DNA from: Candidatus Saccharimonadales bacterium
GTDB lineage: Bacteria > Patescibacteriota > Saccharimonadia > UBA4664 > SCTI01
Reading direction: 5' to 3'
Assembly (NCBI GenBank): GCA_035479795.1
Contig: DATIII010000008.1
Location: 94,487 to 158,486 of the forward strand
Length of the DNA: 64,000 nucleotides
The notes below the pieces were generated by a model that was not told where the DNA came from, made no database searches, and was given only the letters and a program-made list of their open reading frames with translations. Both the position numbers and the translations under genes were made by a program. This document shows, one piece after another, positions 16,806 through 26,065 of this stretch (its first letter is position 1; each line of letters opens with the position of its first letter).

Positions 16806-16892
16806 GCGGACGTGGCGGAATGGTAGACGCGCCAGCTTGAGGGGCTGGTGACCGCTTAGGTCGTGGAGGTTCAAGTCCTCTCGTCCGCACCA
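16806..16892 (+). tRNA. tRNA-Leu(GAG)
   Basis: GCGGACG acceptor, UU-GAG-GG loop, variable arm, GGUUCAAGUCC, CCA. Confidence 0.97.
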
Positions 16893-16960
16893 GTAAGCAA
16901 TTATTTGTAATTTATCACCCATAGGTCATCATAGAAGTGACTCGACCGAAGGAGTGGCAC

Positions 16961-17506
16961 ATGAAGTTTGGGCGGCAAGGATCCGAAGCCGCCTTAATGC
17001 GGCGCAAGGTCCTATTTCTACTCGTCAACTCACGTGAGCCTAAGCGCCCTCGCGAACTAGTTGAGATGGGCTGGGGCAAGGATAGCGGCCACATCATCGA
17101 GCAAAAGGTAGGTTTGGCGCTGCGTTGGCTAAAAGATGCCGGGCTAGTCAGGCAGGTTCCGAACGAAACTCTGACATGGCCAAAATGGGAGGTCAACGAG
17201 CAAGCCCGAGTGATTTTTGCCGGAGAAGCTGAAACCGAATCTCTCCCGATCGCTATACCCGATCGAGACGTCTACCCCGAGATTAACGACGTCAACGGCG
17301 AAGACGGCATTCGCTTTGTCGGGGTGGATCAGGACCAATCGCGTGATGACGGAGATTTGGGCGTCCTAATCGAGGGCTACCACCCCGAGGTGATGCTGAC
17401 CCCGGAGGGAGCTGAGGAGTTAGCTGACCGGTTGCGCCAAGCTGCTGCCCGGGCTCGGTTTGAGCAACAGGGCCGTGGCGCTATAGGAGGCGAGGCTTCA
17501 TCGTGA
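16961..17506 (+). CDS. hypothetical protein, possible N-terminal winged helix
   Basis: SD AAGGAG before MKFGRQ; VGLALRWLKDAGLVRQ; followed by hairpin 17506-17529. Confidence 0.65.
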   Translation: MKFGRQGSEAALMRRKVLFLLVNSREPKRPRELVEMGWGKDSGHIIEQKVGLALRWLKDAGLVRQVPNETLTWPKWEVNEQARVIFAGEAETESLPIAIPDRDVYPEINDVNGEDGIRFVGVDQDQSRDDGDLGVLIEGYHPEVMLTPEGAEELADRLRQAAARARFEQQGRGAIGGEASS

Positions 17507-17569
17507 GGGAGGGGTTTCGGCCCCTCCCTTGAAGCATCATCAAGCTATCTGTATGATTAATCAGGTTTA

Positions 17570-17646
17570 GGGCGATTAGCTCAGCTGGCTAGAGCACCTC
17601 GTTTACACCGAGGGGGTCGGGGGTTCGAATCCCTCATCGCCCACCA
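17570..17646 (+). tRNA. tRNA-Val(UAC)
   Basis: GGGCGAU acceptor, UU-UAC-AC loop, GGUUCGAAUCC, CCA. Confidence 0.97.
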
Positions 17647-17661
17647 TGCTATAATCTGCTT

Positions 17662-17883
17662 ATGTTTAGAAAATTCGATAAACACAAGCCATATTTTAGA
17701 GCTGTGGCCATGGCCACTATCTTGTGTGGAGCAGCCATCTTTGCCCTCGGAGTGGTTGAATTGCTATTCAACTTGTTCGGGACTACCAACTTTGTTAGCC
17801 CGGTAGGCAAGATAGCAGTTGGTCTAGTTGCGACCTCTCTAGGCTACATCCACCTCGAGCTCGAACAAATCCGCATCAAGTAG
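17662..17883 (+). CDS. small two-TM membrane protein
   Basis: 73 aa; TATAAT 6 nt before the ATG (leaderless geometry). Confidence 0.7.
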   Translation: MFRKFDKHKPYFRAVAMATILCGAAIFALGVVELLFNLFGTTNFVSPVGKIAVGLVATSLGYIHLELEQIRIK

Positions 17884-17941
17884 CTACTACTCAAGCGCTA
17901 TTTGTAAAAGTTGCCGTTTCTCGGTATGATTTTGTGGTTGC

Positions 17942-18017
17942 GGCGCCTTAGCTCAGCTGGTAGAGCAGTGGCCTGAAGAGCCTCGTGTCGCTGGTTCGAG
18001 TCCAGCAGGCGCCACCA
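17942..18017 (+). tRNA. tRNA-Phe(GAA)
   Basis: GGCGCCU acceptor, CU-GAA-GA loop, GGUUCGAGUCC, CCA. Confidence 0.95.
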
Positions 18018-18018
18018 T

Positions 18019-18094
18019 GCGGGTGTAGCTCAGTTGATAGAGCGCTTCCTTGCCAAGGAAGAGGCCCCGGGTTTGAGTCCCGGTACCCGCACCA
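18019..18094 (+). tRNA. tRNA-Gly(GCC), atypical
   Basis: GCGGGUG acceptor, UU-GCC-AA loop; D-loop GA instead of GG, T-loop UUUGAGU, discriminator A. Confidence 0.92.
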
Positions 18095-18155
18095 AAAGGG
18101 AATTATAAAAGTGACTGACAAGATGGAAATCATACAACAAAGTCATAAGAGGGCA

Positions 18156-18206
18156 GAGGAATTCATTACCTTGGACGGGGCGATGCAGGCTCCGGGCGCG
18201 TCATAG
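18156..18206 (+). pseudogene. fragment of a RibD-C/dihydrofolate-reductase-family gene
   Basis: Encodes EEFITLDGAMQAPGAS*, the typical N-terminal motif (FITLDGVMQAPG) of that family, then stops. Confidence 0.55.
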
Positions 18207-18336
18207 GCTATTTGTTGTATACTTATCGCAGCATATAAGCCCGCGTACAGGGCGAATCCTAATCCCCAAAGGGAGTAATTCGCTAGCGGCTCTGCGCAAA
18301 ATTCGGGGACTTTTATTAATTAATAGGAGTCTTGCG

Positions 18337-18498
18337 ATGTCGAAAATGACAAAGGAAGAGCAGCTCGACTGGTACGAGCGATCGCATAAGAATTGGCGAT
18401 CGTGGGGTAGCTGGTTTAGCTGGGGGTCTCCGGTCGGGCTTGGATTATTTTTTATCCAAATAGCCGCTGCGATCTGGATTCTAACCCAAGCGTTCTAA
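18337..18498 (+). CDS. 53-aa Trp-rich single-TM protein (not in ORF track)
   Basis: SD TAGGAG; MSKMTKEEQLDWYERSHKNWRSWGSWFSWGSPVGLGLFFIQIAAAIWILTQAF; terminator follows. Confidence 0.8.
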   Translation: MSKMTKEEQLDWYERSHKNWRSWGSWFSWGSPVGLGLFFIQIAAAIWILTQAF

Positions 18499-18499
18499 G

Positions 18500-18532
18500 A
18501 AAATAACACCCGCTGAACCGGGTGTTATTTTT
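18500..18532 (+). terminator. intrinsic terminator
   Basis: AAAATAACACCCG/CGGGTGTTATTTT 13-bp inverted repeat. Confidence 0.85.
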
Positions 18533-18553
18533 ATCGTTTGATATAGTTTAAGT

Positions 18554-18904
18554 ATGAAACTCGAGCGACTATACGCCACTAGCTTTGCCAGTATCTACCC
18601 TTATTATATTCGAAAAGCTGAGGCCAAAGGGCGCAGCAAGTCAGAGCTGGACGAGATTATTCGCTGGCTGACAGGCTACAGCCAACAGCAGCTAGAAGCC
18701 CAGATTGAGAAAAAGACTGGCCTCGAGGATTTTTATAGCCAAGGCAAGCTAAACCCGGCGCGAAAGTTAATCACTGGCGTGATTTGTGGCGTCCGCGTGG
18801 AAGATATCCAAGAACCAACCATGCAAGAAATCCGCTACCTTGATAAGCTTGTTGACGAGCTTGCCAAGGGCAAAGCGATGGAGAAGATTCTAAGAAAGGC
18901 CTAA
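18554..18904 (+). CDS. DUF2200 family protein
   Basis: [27 protein letters not shown] and [15 protein letters not shown] motifs. Confidence 0.92.
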   Translation: MKLERLYATSFASIYPYYIRKAEAKGRSKSELDEIIRWLTGYSQQQLEAQIEKKTGLEDFYSQGKLNPARKLITGVICGVRVEDIQEPTMQEIRYLDKLVDELAKGKAMEKILRKA

Positions 18905-18908
18905 AAAT

Positions 18909-19244
18909 CTACATTCCGGGGGCGGGTAGCAGCTCGTAAACCTCAACACTAAATTGACCAGTCTTGTCACTCAAAAATGGATGGCCATCCACTAGTTTCA
19001 CAGCCGCTTCCATATCCTCAGCCTGGAGAATACTAAATCCATTTAGCTGATCTGCCTGCCCCGCCGATCCATCATCAACTACCGACTGACCACCGGGAGC
19101 CATTGGCTGGCCCATGTCAGCAATAGCGGCACCGACCTTTTCCATCCAGGCTTTCCAGTTTTCCATTACCTTCTGCGTTGCATCTGGGCTCATTTGTTCT
19201 GGCGGAGTAGCCGGACCTTTGTATAGCAACATAAACTTTTTCAT
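18909..19244 (-). CDS. YciI/DGPF-like dimeric alpha-beta barrel protein
   Basis: KFMLLY, W..W, GFSILQAEDMEAA, HPFL and VEVYE motifs. Confidence 0.85.
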   Translation of the reverse strand: MKKFMLLYKGPATPPEQMSPDATQKVMENWKAWMEKVGAAIADMGQPMAPGGQSVVDDGSAGQADQLNGFSILQAEDMEAAVKLVDGHPFLSDKTGQFSVEVYELLPAPGM

Positions 19245-19378
19245 AATTCCTCCTAATATTTAACTTATGCTTTGGCAAAGCCATAATTTAATAATAGGCC
19301 TTCGACCAAAAAGTTGATAGTGATAGTACTTTTCCGATAGATCTCCCGACTTGGCTCTAGATGACATCCTGAGTCCTG

Positions 19379-21013
19379 CTATGAGTGCGGCATGTGGTCG
19401 TAGAGGTGCTTCATTGAATATTCGTGACGAAGCAGTGGCTCCAAATCTTTTTTGGTGACATTCAATTTTATTCGTGGGTTAAAGATGCCTTTGGGGTCAC
19501 AGATTTTTTTGACCTCCAAAAATAGATCGTACATTTCTTTGCCATAGAGCTTCTCCAAATACGGCGCGCGTAGTAAGCCATCATTATGCTCACCGCAAGT
19601 TGAACCACCCATCTTGATCACCATGTTGTAATAGTCATCCATGACCTCGAACACCTTTTTGCGATCTTTCACCTTGGAAAGATCCATGAATGGCTGCATA
19701 TGGAAGTTGGCGTTGCCGGCGTGACCCCAGACGGCAATTTCTAATTTGTGTTTCTTCAGCAGTTTGTAGACCGCCTCTAAGAATTCAGGCAACTTTTCCA
19801 CCGGCACGACACCGTCTTCGATAATCGGCAGGGCCTTGGTGGGGCCATTGTTCATCCAGATAACGGCAGCGGCGCTCCGACGGATCTGCCATAGACGGTC
19901 CTGCTCTTTAATATCAACCGAGGTCCGTTGAGCATAGGCTAGTTTAGCCAAAATCTTTCCAGCTCGTCGACCCAAGACATTCTGCCGAAAATGCGAATGA
20001 TTATCGAATTCAATCAAAATCACAATCTTGGGCAGATCCCCTGGGGGCAGAAGGTCTTCCAGACTTTCTGGTCGGTTTTTCCGCAAGAAGTCGAGCAAAT
20101 AAAAGTCAACCACCTCCATGGCGCTGGGATTTAGCTTTTGCAATTTCAACACCGCCTCGCCGGCCTTCTCGATCGAGTCAAAATACCCAACCACTAAGTT
20201 GGTCCGTGGCTCATATTGGGCAGTAGCGAAAGTAATCTCGGTGGTAATCCCCAGTGTGCCCTGGGCCCCGACAAGCAGCTGCCCCAGATCAAACGAGCCA
20301 TCCTTGCCCTTAACTCGGGCTAGGGCATAGCCCGCTGAGTTTTTGCTCGTCTTTGGGCCGGCTTCTTTAATAAGTCCTAGATTATCTTGGATCAAGCCGT
20401 CGATTCCCCGATAGATCTCGCCCTCCCTGGTCGACAGTCCCTTCTTGCGGTTCAGCTCGCGCTTGCTAATCCGTTTGGTTTCAATAATGCTGCCGTCATC
20501 CAGCACCACGTTCATGCGCTTTACCCAGTCTCGAGTTGCGCCATACTTTAACGTCTTTTCGCCGCAGGTGTTATTGGCGACGGCCCCGCCCATGGTCGCA
20601 TAGTCGATCGACGAAGGATACGGCGGCAAGAAGCGATGATGTGTATGGAGTGTCTTCTGAAGGTCACCAAAGATAATTCCGGGCTGAACGGTCACCGTAT
20701 CCTTTGTCAGTTTGAGAATTTTGTTCATGACCGCCGGAAAAACCACCATGGCTCCGTCGCCCAGGGCTCCTCCGGCCTGATCCGTCCCCTTGCCACGCGC
20801 TATCAGACTGAATTTGCGTCCACTCTTGTCAGCCTCAGCTCGGGCGTAGCGCACAGCAGCGGCCACGTCGGCCTCACTCCGAGGATAAATGACGGCAGAA
20901 GGCATGATCGTAAAAACACTGCCGTCGGTAGCAAAATAGCTACGAGCATGATCGGCATCGGTTACACTGCCATCAATCAGTTTTTCAAGCTCTTTGATCT
21001 GACCGGATTTCAT
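19379..21013 (-). CDS. FAD-binding oxidoreductase (GlcD/D-lactate dehydrogenase-like)
   Basis: ARGKGT, GGAVANNTCG, GAQGTLGI, WGHAGNANFH, GEHNDG, DPKGIFNP. Confidence 0.92.
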   Translation of the reverse strand: MKSGQIKELEKLIDGSVTDADHARSYFATDGSVFTIMPSAVIYPRSEADVAAAVRYARAEADKSGRKFSLIARGKGTDQAGGALGDGAMVVFPAVMNKILKLTKDTVTVQPGIIFGDLQKTLHTHHRFLPPYPSSIDYATMGGAVANNTCGEKTLKYGATRDWVKRMNVVLDDGSIIETKRISKRELNRKKGLSTREGEIYRGIDGLIQDNLGLIKEAGPKTSKNSAGYALARVKGKDGSFDLGQLLVGAQGTLGITTEITFATAQYEPRTNLVVGYFDSIEKAGEAVLKLQKLNPSAMEVVDFYLLDFLRKNRPESLEDLLPPGDLPKIVILIEFDNHSHFRQNVLGRRAGKILAKLAYAQRTSVDIKEQDRLWQIRRSAAAVIWMNNGPTKALPIIEDGVVPVEKLPEFLEAVYKLLKKHKLEIAVWGHAGNANFHMQPFMDLSKVKDRKKVFEVMDDYYNMVIKMGGSTCGEHNDGLLRAPYLEKLYGKEMYDLFLEVKKICDPKGIFNPRIKLNVTKKDLEPLLRHEYSMKHLYDHMPHS

Positions 21014-21088
21014 ATCTTAAACATAACAGCTTTGTAACCTGTTGACCAGACTCGACAGGTGTGACCGCAGAGGGCATAATTGTATGGT

Positions 21089-21839
21089 TATGAAGCGCGT
21101 ATACAATAACTGGCTGGTTCGGGCGACTCTTGGCTTTGCTGCTATGACTGGCGCTCGGGTAGTCTCAACCCTGCTACATATGACCACACTCGACAAGCTC
21201 TACAAGCCCAGAGATTTTCGACGGACCAGTCATATTGAACTCAGCGACGAGATAACCTCCAGCCTCCCGCGCTACTGCCAGACAGTTTATGGCCTGAAAA
21301 TGGATCCAATTAATCTAATGTTTATCGGCACCGAAGCCGGGCTGCGTCGAGCCTTCGAAAAGGCGGGCTGGCATGGCGCGCATCCCTCTACTCCCGTTCA
21401 TCTTTTTCTCGGTCTAGTCTCAAGTGTGTTTCGCCGGTCGTACAAACAAGGTCCGTTTATGCCGCTATTCGTCGATATCGGCATGCAAGATCTGGCGTTT
21501 CAAAAAACTACCAAGACTAACAAGTTTGCCCAGCGTCATCATATCCGCATCTGGCGCACTCGCCATAAATTGGGCGACCGTAATTACCTGTGGGTGGCCG
21601 CCGCTACTCATGAAACCGGCATGAAGGTTGTATGGTTACCTCCCTTCATCGTCCACCGCATGGATCCTGACTTGGATTATGAACGTGACTTTATCGCCGG
21701 CGAGCTAATCGAACAGGGCCATTTGATGGCCGGCGACCACCAGCTAAATGATGCAATTAAACGCACCAAGCCCAAACGCAATCCCAATAATGACCATTAT
21801 TACAGCGATGGTCGGGCCAAGGCCATCGAGATAGTTTAA
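21089..21839 (+). CDS. LssY C-terminal domain protein
   Basis: DPINLMFIG, QDLAFQK, QRHHIRIW, WVAAATHE and HRMDPDLDYERDF motifs; start uncertain. Confidence 0.85.
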
Positions 21840-21890
21840 ACGAAAAACCCACCCTCACCGGCGGGCTTTCCGCAGCGGCGAAGATGGGCT

Positions 21891-22190
21891 TCAAACGAGG
21901 TGAGACCTGAGAAGCTGCGGAGACATGGGCTTCTCAGGGGCATATCCCCAATTCAGTGCGAACTTGGAGTCTTTGTCCTCCACCGTGTAGCAGACCTCGT
22001 CGCCCACATTCGGCGGCATTAGGTCGGGAACTCCTACGGAGTTTCGCTTGGCCTCAAAAGCCAGATTGATTGTCCCCTTCGGGTGCCGGCCATCGAGGTA
22101 GCGGAACTTAACTGACCGCCCCCGGTTGGCTGGAGCGATAAAACCCTCGCCGGTAGTTGGATCAAACTTCACAACGCTGCCGTATTTCAT
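21891..22190 (-). CDS. cold-shock-domain-like protein
   Basis: GSVVKFDPTTGEGFIAP and GDEVCYTVE...A..W with a central insertion. Confidence 0.65.
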   Translation of the reverse strand: MKYGSVVKFDPTTGEGFIAPANRGRSVKFRYLDGRHPKGTINLAFEAKRNSVGVPDLMPPNVGDEVCYTVEDKDSKFALNWGYAPEKPMSPQLLRSHLV

Positions 22191-22444
22191 CAGCCATCAT
22201 CTCCCATGAAGCTTTCGATGATTTTCTCCAGACGCTGCTTGGCCTCTCGAATTTGAGACCCTGCCGCGTGGTTGGCACCATGAGCCAGCGAGGTCTGGGC
22301 CACTCCCAGCTGATCGGCTACCGATGTCAGATTGGTGACCATTCTCTGGCAAAATGCGTCGACCTCGTCACCTAGGCCTGCCTCCTCGATTTCACGCAGG
22401 TTCGGAAAGAAGCCCTTGGTCAGACTGCTCAAATGCCATGTCAT
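22190..22444 (-). CDS. hypothetical protein
   Basis: TTGACC-16-TATAAT promoter and GAGGGG SD upstream; 1-nt overlap with the CSD gene. Confidence 0.65.
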   Translation of the reverse strand: MTWHLSSLTKGFFPNLREIEEAGLGDEVDAFCQRMVTNLTSVADQLGVAQTSLAHGANHAAGSQIREAKQRLEKIIESFMGDDG

Positions 22445-22583
22445 TTCAATACCCCTCTACCGTTTGCACGATTAACTGGGATTATACGCTTAAGGTTGTG
22501 AGGGTCAATATAATTGCTGGAGGGCGAGAGGACAGCGCTCGAATTACGTTCGCGCTAAAGCCCCACATCGATGAGGCGTTTAC

Positions 22584-22669
22584 TGGTGGGCGAGAGAGGA
22601 CTTGAACCTCCACGAGCTTGCGCTCACTAGTACCTGAAACTAGCGTGTCTACCATTTCACCACCCGCCC
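22584..22669 (-). tRNA. tRNA-Leu(CAG)
   Basis: GGGCGGG acceptor, UU-CAG-GU loop, variable arm, GGUUCAAGUCC, CCA. Confidence 0.97.
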
Positions 22670-22725
22670 GAGTGTGAATTTACACTCAGACAAGCTTAAC
22701 CCAGACAAGATAAAATTTCTAGTCG

Positions 22726-24480
22726 CTACTGACCGATCAATTTAGTCCGCACGGCCCAATGTTCAACGCCGTAAAAGCGATCGGATGGTGTGATGAGATG
22801 TTTGGTACTAAAGCCGTAAACTTCTTTGTTTTGAGCGTAAAGATAGTTTGGCGAATACAACATGACCGCCGGAGTATCAGCCACCCAAGCTTGGGCGAAG
22901 GCCTTGTACTTAGCGGCTCGCAGGCCAGGCTCACGAACGGTCCGTCCACCCTCCAGCGCCTTATCCACTGCTGGTGACTTGTACGCTGAAAGATTTAACC
23001 CGGGATCAGCTGCCTGCGACGAATGCCAAAAGGCATAAACATCGGGATCGGCCCCGACATTAATGCCGTACAGCAAGGCGTCGTATTTACGAGGACGGAT
23101 AAAGCTTTGTTGCAAGGTGGTTGGATCCACTTCCACAACGTGGACTCTAACGCCCACTTTAGCCCATTGATTTTTTATAGCGGTCGCCACTGCCCCATAG
23201 GTGCTGTCCGACTGGGTGACTAAATTAAGCTGCAGCACTTGATCTTGCTTTTTACGTGTTCCATCCGGCTGTTTCTTCCACCCAGCCGCCTCCAGCTCGG
23301 ACTCAGCGCCTTTTAAATCAAATCTGGGTTGATGGGCGACGCCCTTAATGGCCAGTTCTGTCGGCAGAAGTGGCGATGCTACTGGGGTGGCTTCCCCTCC
23401 CAAAGCTTCCTTAATTAGATCTCCACGGTTAGTGGCCTTGGCCAGTGCCTCGCGCACGGCTTTGTCTTGGAGCATCGGTGCCGAGTTCTTTAGAAATACA
23501 CCGACCTCATCTGGAGTAGTAAGCTCGCTGGCGTGTAGACTGGCCAGTTCGCGCGCCTCCGAAGCCTTGTCCCGCGGGGCTTTATTTACTCCCATTACCT
23601 GCCGCTTTATCAAGGCGTCATAGGCCTGTTCCGATGTGGAATAAGTTTTGAAAGTAATCGAGTCTAGGAGCGGTTTTTTGCCCCAATAGGCCGAGTTGGC
23701 CTTGAGTTCAACCTGACTTGCCGATGGGTCAAGCTGATCGAGTTTAAACGGCCCGGTACCCACTGGATGTTGATTAAAGCTGGCCACCCGCAGCTGGCTG
23801 GGCTCAGAATTTTCCAGCAAGTGGCGTGGGATGATGCCAATGGTTGTGGTGGTTAAAAAGGGCGTGAAGGGCTTGGGCAAGATTAGCTGCACGGTCAGAT
23901 CATCTGGCGTTTGAACCTTAACCCCCTTCCAGCTCAAATTGAGTGGAGAGCGAGTATCCGGATTTTGAACGGCCGCCAAAGTAAAGGCTACGTCAGCCGA
24001 GGAAAAGGGTACGCCATCATGCCATTTGACACCCTTGCGCAGTTTAAAGGTGTAGGTCCGGCCATCATCGCTAATCGCCCAGCTGCTTGCCAAGTCTGGC
24101 TCAACCTGGCCACTGGCGTTATAGCGAGTCAACCCATCAAACACCAGTCGGGTCACATCGGCACTGGCCGAACCCTCAGGCAGGATGGGATTAACATTTT
24201 TAATCGTCCCAGCCAGAGCTTCGGTATAGGTACCCCCCGCCAATGGCTGAATAAACAGCGTATTCTGGCGTAATCGTTCAACCTGTACGACCAAACCGAC
24301 ACCGACCAGCAGAATAAGCAGCCACCAACCAGCGGCAAAGCGGCGAATCATGGCCAATTGCCGCCATTTGCCGTAGAGATGCTGACGCGCATAGTCGGTC
24401 ACATCGACCCGTATTTTGGCAGCGTCGCGCCGATAGCGACGGATAGTTCGGTTGGCCCGAAAGCGGGTGTAAGATGGCAT
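22726..24480 (-). CDS. peptide ABC transporter substrate-binding protein (family 5)
   Basis: PDLASSWAISDDGRTYTFKLRKGVKWHDG and PVGTGPF; start at MPSYTR. Confidence 0.93.
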   Translation of the reverse strand: MPSYTRFRANRTIRRYRRDAAKIRVDVTDYARQHLYGKWRQLAMIRRFAAGWWLLILLVGVGLVVQVERLRQNTLFIQPLAGGTYTEALAGTIKNVNPILPEGSASADVTRLVFDGLTRYNASGQVEPDLASSWAISDDGRTYTFKLRKGVKWHDGVPFSSADVAFTLAAVQNPDTRSPLNLSWKGVKVQTPDDLTVQLILPKPFTPFLTTTTIGIIPRHLLENSEPSQLRVASFNQHPVGTGPFKLDQLDPSASQVELKANSAYWGKKPLLDSITFKTYSTSEQAYDALIKRQVMGVNKAPRDKASEARELASLHASELTTPDEVGVFLKNSAPMLQDKAVREALAKATNRGDLIKEALGGEATPVASPLLPTELAIKGVAHQPRFDLKGAESELEAAGWKKQPDGTRKKQDQVLQLNLVTQSDSTYGAVATAIKNQWAKVGVRVHVVEVDPTTLQQSFIRPRKYDALLYGINVGADPDVYAFWHSSQAADPGLNLSAYKSPAVDKALEGGRTVREPGLRAAKYKAFAQAWVADTPAVMLYSPNYLYAQNKEVYGFSTKHLITPSDRFYGVEHWAVRTKLIGQ

Positions 24481-24484
24481 ATGA

Positions 24485-24706
24485 TTACCTCTTGGAGAGT
24501 ATGCCCAAGATGATGGAAACCACAAACACGACTCCCGCCACAATGGTCGCGTTAAAGATTACCTTTTCGGCGCCGCGTTGACTGCGGTAAAAATTGGTGT
24601 CACCACCAAACCCGGCTCCTAAACTGGAACCACGGTGTTGCAGTAGAACTGTAGTTACAATTACCACCGCTGAAATAATCGTTAATGTATTGAATAAATT
24701 CTTCAT
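24485..24706 (-). CDS. secG: preprotein translocase subunit SecG
   Basis: VLLQHRGSSLGAGFGG and RGAEKV motifs; 2 TM. Confidence 0.92.
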   Translation of the reverse strand: MKNLFNTLTIISAVVIVTTVLLQHRGSSLGAGFGGDTNFYRSQRGAEKVIFNATIVAGVVFVVSIILGILSKR

Positions 24707-25075
24707 TTACTTGTGATTATGACGCGACCCTTCCAGCACGTCGGTAAGCAGATAGTTTACCAGCCAGATGATGACTGCGCCTAGTACCGCCTGCCCAAAG
24801 GAAGCCACGTGGAATGGGTGATAGAGCACGGTTACGAGGTACAGCATAAAGGCGTTGACCACAAAGGTAAAGAGACCGAGGGTCAGGACGATGGCTGGCA
24901 GCGCCAGTAAAATAATCAGCGGCCGGATAAAGGCGTTAACGATGGAGAAAACTAGCGCCGCCACAATTAGCACGGCCATCTTGTCATTGTAATCAATACC
25001 CGAAAGCAGGCTGGCAGCCACCCACAGACCGAGAAAGTTTAGCAGCCAGCGAAGAATGAATTTACGCACTAGCAT
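24707..25075 (-). CDS. 4-TM phage-holin-like (YvlD) membrane protein
   Basis: NAFIRPL and LPAIVLTLGLFTFVVNAFML motifs. Confidence 0.88.
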   Translation of the reverse strand: MLVRKFILRWLLNFLGLWVAASLLSGIDYNDKMAVLIVAALVFSIVNAFIRPLIILLALPAIVLTLGLFTFVVNAFMLYLVTVLYHPFHVASFGQAVLGAVIIWLVNYLLTDVLEGSRHNHK

Positions 25076-25437
25076 TAGTCGCCTTTGATTAACTTGTCGA
25101 CCTGTGAAGCTACATCTTCTGGGTTATGCTGCAACTTTGAGATGTATTTCAAAACGCCCAATTCCGAAGCTTCCGGCATTGATTCAAAATTGCTAACAAC
25201 CACAACTTTTAAGTCCTTGTTTTTATCGTCAGATCTAATTTCGCGCAGTAAGCCAATGCCGTCTAGGTTCGGCATGAGCATGTCGAGCAGCAGTAAATCT
25301 GGAGCCCCTTTTGCCAAAAGTTTTTGGCCTTCTAGGCCATCAGAGGCGGTTTCCACCTCATGTCCAAGCTTGGACAGCGCAGCCGAATAGGCTGTGCGCA
25401 AGCCGGTATCATCATCAACAACATATACTTTAGCCAT
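25075..25437 (-). CDS. single-domain response regulator
   Basis: VVDDD and LLDMLMPNLDG; no output domain. Confidence 0.92.
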   Translation of the reverse strand: MAKVYVVDDDTGLRTAYSAALSKLGHEVETASDGLEGQKLLAKGAPDLLLLDMLMPNLDGIGLLREIRSDDKNKDLKVVVVSNFESMPEASELGVLKYISKLQHNPEDVASQVDKLIKGD

Positions 25438-25828
25438 TTTTTACCTCGCTTTTCTCTCCGGCGGATGCCATGGCTTCTTTAATAATCCCTACCATTTCTT
25501 TCGGCGTAAAGCTCGACTTCGTCAGGTACTTAGATGCCCCAAGCTGCATTGCATCCTTCACATCACTTGGCACCGACATATTGGAAAAGACAATAATCTT
25601 AGTTTTGGGGTGCTTATTCTTGGCATCAAAGGCCTTTAGAAATTCCAGGCCGTTCAGGTTAGGCATTAGCATATCCAGTAGAATCACATCTGGATTTTCC
25701 TGTTGGGCTAGTCGTAAGCCTTCAATGCCGTCGGGAGCCGTCTTGGTCTCATAACCCTCCATCGTCAGCACGGTATCATAGGCGCTTTGCAAAATTGCAT
25801 CATCTTCAATTATTAGAACCTTAGGCAT
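25430..25828 (-). CDS. single-domain response regulator
   Basis: IIEDD, LLDMLMP and GASKYLTK. Confidence 0.93.
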   Translation of the reverse strand: MPKVLIIEDDAILQSAYDTVLTMEGYETKTAPDGIEGLRLAQQENPDVILLDMLMPNLNGLEFLKAFDAKNKHPKTKIIVFSNMSVPSDVKDAMQLGASKYLTKSSFTPKEMVGIIKEAMASAGEKSEVKNG

Positions 25829-25834
25829 AAATTT

Positions 25835-26065
25835 TTAGAGGTTTCCTAGTTTGTCGACGCATTCATCGACCATTTTTTTATCATCCGTTAACAGAGCTAG
25901 GGAAACCTTAACCCACTCGACCAGTTGGGGCAAGTCCTGATTGGTCAGCTCGTCGGGCTTCTTTTTTAAATGAAACTCGATTTGGCGATCAATAAAGCGG
26001 GGCGCGGCCGGCCCTAGGTAATTTTCAGTGATACCAACCACTTGTTGGTGCAATGTGGCATTCAT
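25835..26065 (-). CDS. small helical hypothetical protein
   Basis: 76 aa; YLGPAAPRFIDRQ motif; coupled to the upstream gene. Confidence 0.75.
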   Translation of the reverse strand: MNATLHQQVVGITENYLGPAAPRFIDRQIEFHLKKKPDELTNQDLPQLVEWVKVSLALLTDDKKMVDECVDKLGNL

